The position numbers were made by a program, and so were the translations under genes. From the NCBI GenBank assembly GCA_903907985.1, contig CAIVQG010000026.1, positions 3,045 through 67,044 on the forward strand: a DNA stretch of 64,000 bases, given 5' to 3'. The DNA comes from an uncultured delta proteobacterium. GTDB lineage: Bacteria > Desulfobacterota > Syntrophia > Syntrophales > Smithellaceae. The notes beneath the pieces were generated by a model. The model saw only the letters and a list, made by a program, of their open reading frames with translations, ran no database searches and was not told the origin of the DNA. Positions 59,689 through 64,000 of this stretch are shown here, piece by piece (the first letter of the stretch is position 1; every line of letters starts with the position of its first letter).

Positions 59689-60807
59689 TCAGCCCTCAGT
59701 CTTCAGTCTATCTTTTTCCAATTTTCCCAAAATAAAATTTTTCAATGAATTTTCATTAGGAACCATTGCCAGTTCTACGCGCAATAAATAAATATCATTT
59801 AGAAATTCGGTAAATTCCTGCAGTCGCATGCCGTCTTTTTCCGTCGTAATAAGAAGATCGGCATTGCTTTTTGAAAAATTACTGCGAATATTCTTCAGTT
59901 CTTTGGGGCTGTAACGATGATGGTCAGGGAAAATATCAAAAGATATGATTTGGGCGCCGGCCGCCTTTATTGTTTTTTTAAATGAATCCGGCTGGGCAAT
60001 GCCGGCAAAGGCACAAACATTTTTATCCTTCAATTCTGCAAGCGTTAATTGTACGCTGTAGTCTCCTTTGATAACATCGACAGGTCTGTGCGAGCTTTCG
60101 AAAACAGAAATATTTTCCGCTGCGGCTAATTTAGCGATAGTTGTGTTTATCTTTGTTGCCTCATTAGTTCTCGTCAGAATAAAGGCATCGGCCCGGTGCA
60201 ATGCGGCCAGAGGCTCTCGCAAACTGCCCCGCGGCAGCATATGGCCGTTTCCGAATGGCACCTGACTGTCCAGCAGCAAAATATTAATATCGCGGAATAT
60301 TTGTCGGTGCTGAAAAGCATCATCGCAAATAAGGACATTGGCGCCGAATTTATCAATGGCTGTCTTGCCGGTTAAGACTCTTTTGGGACCGGTGATTACC
60401 GGAATCCCTCGTAGTGACCGGGCTATTAAATACGGTTCATCTCCGGCAATGGTGCTGGATGAAATAATATTATTGCCGTCGGAAACTATAGTCACTGGCT
60501 GAGAATTTTTGCTGCCATATCCCCGGCTTAAAACCGTCGGCTTAAAACCATGTTGCTGCAGCATCTGGGCGAGCCAAATGACACAGGGTGTTTTCCCCGT
60601 TCCGCCCACCGTGATATTACCGACGCTGATTACCGGGCAGGGAAGTTTTACTTCCCGGAAAATCTTATAATCGTAAAGCCAGTTGCGCAAATTGATAATC
60701 AGGCGGTAAGGCAGAGAAACAGCATATAATAATGTTTTGGTCGGACTGAAACGGTTGTCGCTTCCGTCATCATTCCATATCCTTTGCCAATTGTCCGTTT
60801 TTTGCAT
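59689..60807 (-). CDS. lpxK: Tetraacyldisaccharide 4'-kinase
   Basis: SVGNITVGGTGKTP, LSRGYG, GDEP, DDAFQH, LPRGSLRE, FPDHH, TTEKD; likely ATG at 60807 (ORF track 60906). Confidence 0.95.
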   Translation of the reverse strand: MQKTDNWQRIWNDDGSDNRFSPTKTLLYAVSLPYRLIINLRNWLYDYKIFREVKLPCPVISVGNITVGGTGKTPCVIWLAQMLQQHGFKPTVLSRGYGSKNSQPVTIVSDGNNIISSSTIAGDEPYLIARSLRGIPVITGPKRVLTGKTAIDKFGANVLICDDAFQHRQIFRDINILLLDSQVPFGNGHMLPRGSLREPLAALHRADAFILTRTNEATKINTTIAKLAAAENISVFESSHRPVDVIKGDYSVQLTLAELKDKNVCAFAGIAQPDSFKKTIKAAGAQIISFDIFPDHHRYSPKELKNIRSNFSKSNADLLITTEKDGMRLQEFTEFLNDIYLLRVELAMVPNENSLKNFILGKLEKDRLKTEG

Positions 60808-62533
60808 TATTTCCTTCATCTTTGAACTGCAAATTATAAAGTCGGAAATATTCGCCCTTTTTCGCCAGCAGTGTTTCATGGTTGCCTTCTTCGACAATTT
60901 CACCATTAACTAAGGCGATTATTCTATCCGCATTGCGAATTGTGGAAAGACGGTGCGCAATAACCAGGGTTGTCCGCCCTTTCATTAGATTATCCAATGC
61001 TTCCTGTACTTCAATTTCCGCTTCGGTATCGAGCGAAGATGTTGCCTCGTCCAGAATCAAAATGGGGGCATTTTTCAGTAGAGCCCGGGCAATAGAAATT
61101 CTTTGCTTTTCTCCACCGGACAGTTTTGTGCCCAGTTCACCGATGTTGGTATCGTACTGCTTCGGCAGTTGCATGATGAAGTCATGGGCGTTGGCCGCTT
61201 TAGCGGCATTAATTACATCAGCTTCAGTGCGGTCAATATCACCATAAGCAATATTGTTTCTTACGGTATCGTTAAAGAGTATCGTTTGTTGCGTGACGAT
61301 GGCAATCTGGCTGCGCAGCGATTGCAGAGTCACATCACGGATGTCACGGCCGTCTATAAGAACGCGGCCATCAGAGACATCGTAAAAACGAGGGATTAGA
61401 TTAACGAGAGATGTTTTCCCTCCACCGCTCATACCCACAAAAGCGATAACTTCACCGGCTTGGATGGAAAGAGTAATATTTTTCAAAACAGGAGTCTGCT
61501 CATAGCAAAAAGAAACATTTTCAACATCAATGCTATGGGTAATCGGTGGAAGTTGAGGAGCTCCTGGCTTATCCATGATGTCAGGCACACGATCAATTAT
61601 ACTGAATACCCGATCAGCACCGGCTATGCCTTGCTGGATGGTGTTGTTGACGTTGGTGAGTCTTTTTACCGGCTCATAAAGCATTAAGAGTGCGGCGAGA
61701 AACGAGAAAAATGTGCCGGGAGTGGAATTGCCTTGAACAACATTATAACCACCGTAAAAGATCACAGCAGCGATACCCAGTCCGCCCAGGAATTCCATCA
61801 GTGGGTGGGAAATGGCATTGACGGAAACTGCCTTCATGTTCAAGGTGAAGAGTCGTTCGTTTTCTTCAGCAAAGCGATTATTTTCATACTTTTCCATGCC
61901 GAAGGCTTTCACGATGCGAGTTCCGGAAATGGTTTCCTGCAAAAGCGTGCTTAACGTCCCCATGGTAATTTGTGTCGATGTGGCAACGGTGCGCATTTTC
62001 TTTCCCAGCCGGGCAATAGGATATATAGTGAGCGGGAAAACAATCACAGCAATAATGGCCAGTTTCCAGTCTGTATAAAAAATAACACAAATCAGTGAAA
62101 CAAGAGTGACCGTGTCTTTAATCAGACTGGTAACAGCTTCAGAAGACGCCGATTGGATAGAAACAACATCATTAGTAATTCTCGACATGAGTATGCCGGT
62201 CGGATTATTGGTAAAAAAAGATAAGGATTGTTTTTGGATTTGTTCATAGAGTTTATTGCGTAAGTTGGTGACAATTCGCAGGCCGATAAAGCTCATTAAA
62301 ATTGCTTGTCCGTAATTGCAGATACCTTTAAGAAGAAAAATCACGATGACGGCAAGCGGAATCCATTTTAGCGTGGCAGGATTTTTATTCAGGAAGATGT
62401 CGTCCAGAACTGGTTTAACTAAAACAGCTAATGATGATTGCAGCGCTCCGGCGATGATCATGCAAATCATGGCAAGGGTAAAGCGCACGTAATAAGGTTT
62501 GGCTAGCCTCAAGAGGCGTTTAAATATTTCCAT
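60770..62533 (-). CDS. msbA: Lipid A export ABC transporter
   Basis: TM domain plus GMSGGGKT, LSGGEKQR, ILDEATSSLD, IAHRLST; between lpxB and lpxK. Confidence 0.95.
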   Translation of the reverse strand: MEIFKRLLRLAKPYYVRFTLAMICMIIAGALQSSLAVLVKPVLDDIFLNKNPATLKWIPLAVIVIFLLKGICNYGQAILMSFIGLRIVTNLRNKLYEQIQKQSLSFFTNNPTGILMSRITNDVVSIQSASSEAVTSLIKDTVTLVSLICVIFYTDWKLAIIAVIVFPLTIYPIARLGKKMRTVATSTQITMGTLSTLLQETISGTRIVKAFGMEKYENNRFAEENERLFTLNMKAVSVNAISHPLMEFLGGLGIAAVIFYGGYNVVQGNSTPGTFFSFLAALLMLYEPVKRLTNVNNTIQQGIAGADRVFSIIDRVPDIMDKPGAPQLPPITHSIDVENVSFCYEQTPVLKNITLSIQAGEVIAFVGMSGGGKTSLVNLIPRFYDVSDGRVLIDGRDIRDVTLQSLRSQIAIVTQQTILFNDTVRNNIAYGDIDRTEADVINAAKAANAHDFIMQLPKQYDTNIGELGTKLSGGEKQRISIARALLKNAPILILDEATSSLDTEAEIEVQEALDNLMKGRTTLVIAHRLSTIRNADRIIALVNGEIVEEGNHETLLAKKGEYFRLYNLQFKDEGNNAKNGQLAKDME

Positions 62534-62541
62534 ATTTCCTT

Positions 62542-63678
62542 CTATAGCATATCACAAGCAAGTTTAGCAGCTCTTATTGCCGCCCCGGGATTTCCCAATT
62601 TTGCCCGAATTTCCGCTAAATCTTTTATGATTTCCTGCTTTCTTTGTGGATCGTTTAAAATTGCCAGCGCCTCTTCGGCAATGCGCTGACTATTAGCTTC
62701 ATTTTGAATCAGTTCAGGAACAATTGTTTTTCCGGCAATGATGTTAACTATGCCGATATTTTTAACTTTGATAATCATTTTGCCTATCAAATAAGTAAGT
62801 GGTGATATCTTGTAAATAATAATCATGGGAACGCCTAAAAGGGCTGTTTCCAGTGTTGCCGTGCCGGAGGCAACTACTGCCAGATCAGTGCAAGAAATTG
62901 CATCGTAGGTATGGCCGCTGATAACAGTAACTTTTAGGTTGTATCCGGCAATGATATCAGCGATTGTTTTTTCTTCCAGCGTGTCGGCTAGAGGCAGCAA
63001 AAATTGTATATCTGGTATTTGCTTAGCTAAAAGTTCTCCCGCCTGTAGCATTTCCGGCAGTAATTTTTCAACTTCAGAAATCCGGCTGCCGGGGAGAAGT
63101 CCGATGGTTGTTTTATTGCCGGGAAGATTAAATTTTTGTCTTGATTCAGGCTTTGAATAATTCGGTTTTACTAAATCCAGCAAGGGATGTCCGACATAAT
63201 CAACATGGAAATTTTCCTGTTGATAAGTTTCAACTTCAAAAGGAAGAATGACGGCCATTTTATTTACATATTTTTTGATTTTCCTGATTCGGCCTTTGCG
63301 CGATGCCCATACCTGCGGGCTTATGTAATAAAAAACTTTAATTCCTTTTTTATGGACTGCTTTAGCCAGACGCAGATTAAAACCGGCATAATCAATTAAA
63401 ATAACCAGGTCAGGCTGAACATCATTCAGTGATTTCTTCAGTAAATTCATTACATATATAAACTTGCCCAATTTGGAGATCACCTCGGTTAAACCTACAA
63501 CGGCCATTTCAGAAGCATTAGCCACCAGTTTTACTCCGGCTTCGCGAAGCCCATTACCGCCGATGCCATAGAAATTAATCGTAGGCTCAATCTTTAACAT
63601 TTCCTGCACAAGGCTGGCGCCATGCATATCACCTGATGCTTCACCGGCAATGATCATTATAGTTTTAGTTTTTGTCAT
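62542..63678 (-). CDS. lpxB: Lipid A disaccharide synthase
   Basis: IAGEASGD, IDYAGFN, SPQVWA, ILPFE, VGHPL, LPGSR, SGTATLE, VPELIQ. Confidence 0.96.
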   Translation of the reverse strand: MTKTKTIMIIAGEASGDMHGASLVQEMLKIEPTINFYGIGGNGLREAGVKLVANASEMAVVGLTEVISKLGKFIYVMNLLKKSLNDVQPDLVILIDYAGFNLRLAKAVHKKGIKVFYYISPQVWASRKGRIRKIKKYVNKMAVILPFEVETYQQENFHVDYVGHPLLDLVKPNYSKPESRQKFNLPGNKTTIGLLPGSRISEVEKLLPEMLQAGELLAKQIPDIQFLLPLADTLEEKTIADIIAGYNLKVTVISGHTYDAISCTDLAVVASGTATLETALLGVPMIIIYKISPLTYLIGKMIIKVKNIGIVNIIAGKTIVPELIQNEANSQRIAEEALAILNDPQRKQEIIKDLAEIRAKLGNPGAAIRAAKLACDML

Positions 63679-63690
63679 GGGAATTTTTCT

Positions 63691-64000
63691 TCAAAAGGCA
63701 CGGTTAATTACATTGGTAATCAACTGGATTTCATCACTTGTTAATTCCGGAAACATGGGCAGAGAAAGGACATTCTGGGCGCACATCTCGCTTACCGGCA
63801 GTTTTGTAGAATTATTATATAATTTAAGAAAAACTTCCTGCTGATGCAGAGGCACCGGATAATAAACGGCAGAAGCTATATTGTTTTCCGTCAGGGCATT
63901 AGCAATAACATCGCGCTTTGACGAACGGATTGTAAACTGGTGGAAAACGTGTTCGCTGCCTTCAGTCACTGTTGGCAGAATAATATCTTTATTTTGAAGG
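63691..64000 (-). CDS. DegT family aminotransferase, C-terminal part (GnnB-like by position), runs off the window end
   Basis: HVFHQFTI, YYPVPLHQQ, VLSLPMFPEL; immediately upstream of lpxB. Confidence 0.8.
   Translation of the reverse strand, partial: LQNKDIILPTVTEGSEHVFHQFTIRSSKRDVIANALTENNIASAVYYPVPLHQQEVFLKLYNNSTKLPVSEMCAQNVLSLPMFPELTSDEIQLITNVINRAF

Overview
A bacterial lipopolysaccharide region, probably from an anaerobic deltaproteobacterium-like organism (inferred from gene order and protein style only). 1-872: partial O-antigen ligase (minus strand). 1001-6643: two methyltransferases, two GT2s, an inserted type II toxin-antitoxin pair, a YdcF protein and an EPS-associated MarR regulator. 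6696-7129: a JUMPstart/ops-like motif followed by a 393-bp IS5-type miniature element carrying a perfect sigma70 promoter. 7138-55774: about 48 kb of co-directional, AT-rich Wzx/Wzy/Wzz O-antigen genes. These include a pseudaminic acid pathway (pseB, C, G, F-like, I) interleaved with many tailoring enzymes: WbqC, formyltransferase, PIG-L deacetylase, class III aminotransferase, aldo-keto reductase, two twitch-type radical SAM proteins, carbamoyltransferase, B12-radical SAM and several methyltransferases. The block also holds a lipid-carrier GT-C module with a motif-less GT2, and a GDP-sugar module with C-methyltransferase and a Gmd lacking its catalytic Glu. 55849-64000: convergent lipid A/inner-core operon (gnnB-like, lpxB, msbA, lpxK, lpxL, waaF, gmhB, waaC-like, Trm112) with a GTAG-type REP. 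No rRNA, tRNA or CRISPR array was seen. All functional calls come from reading motifs by eye, with no database searches.
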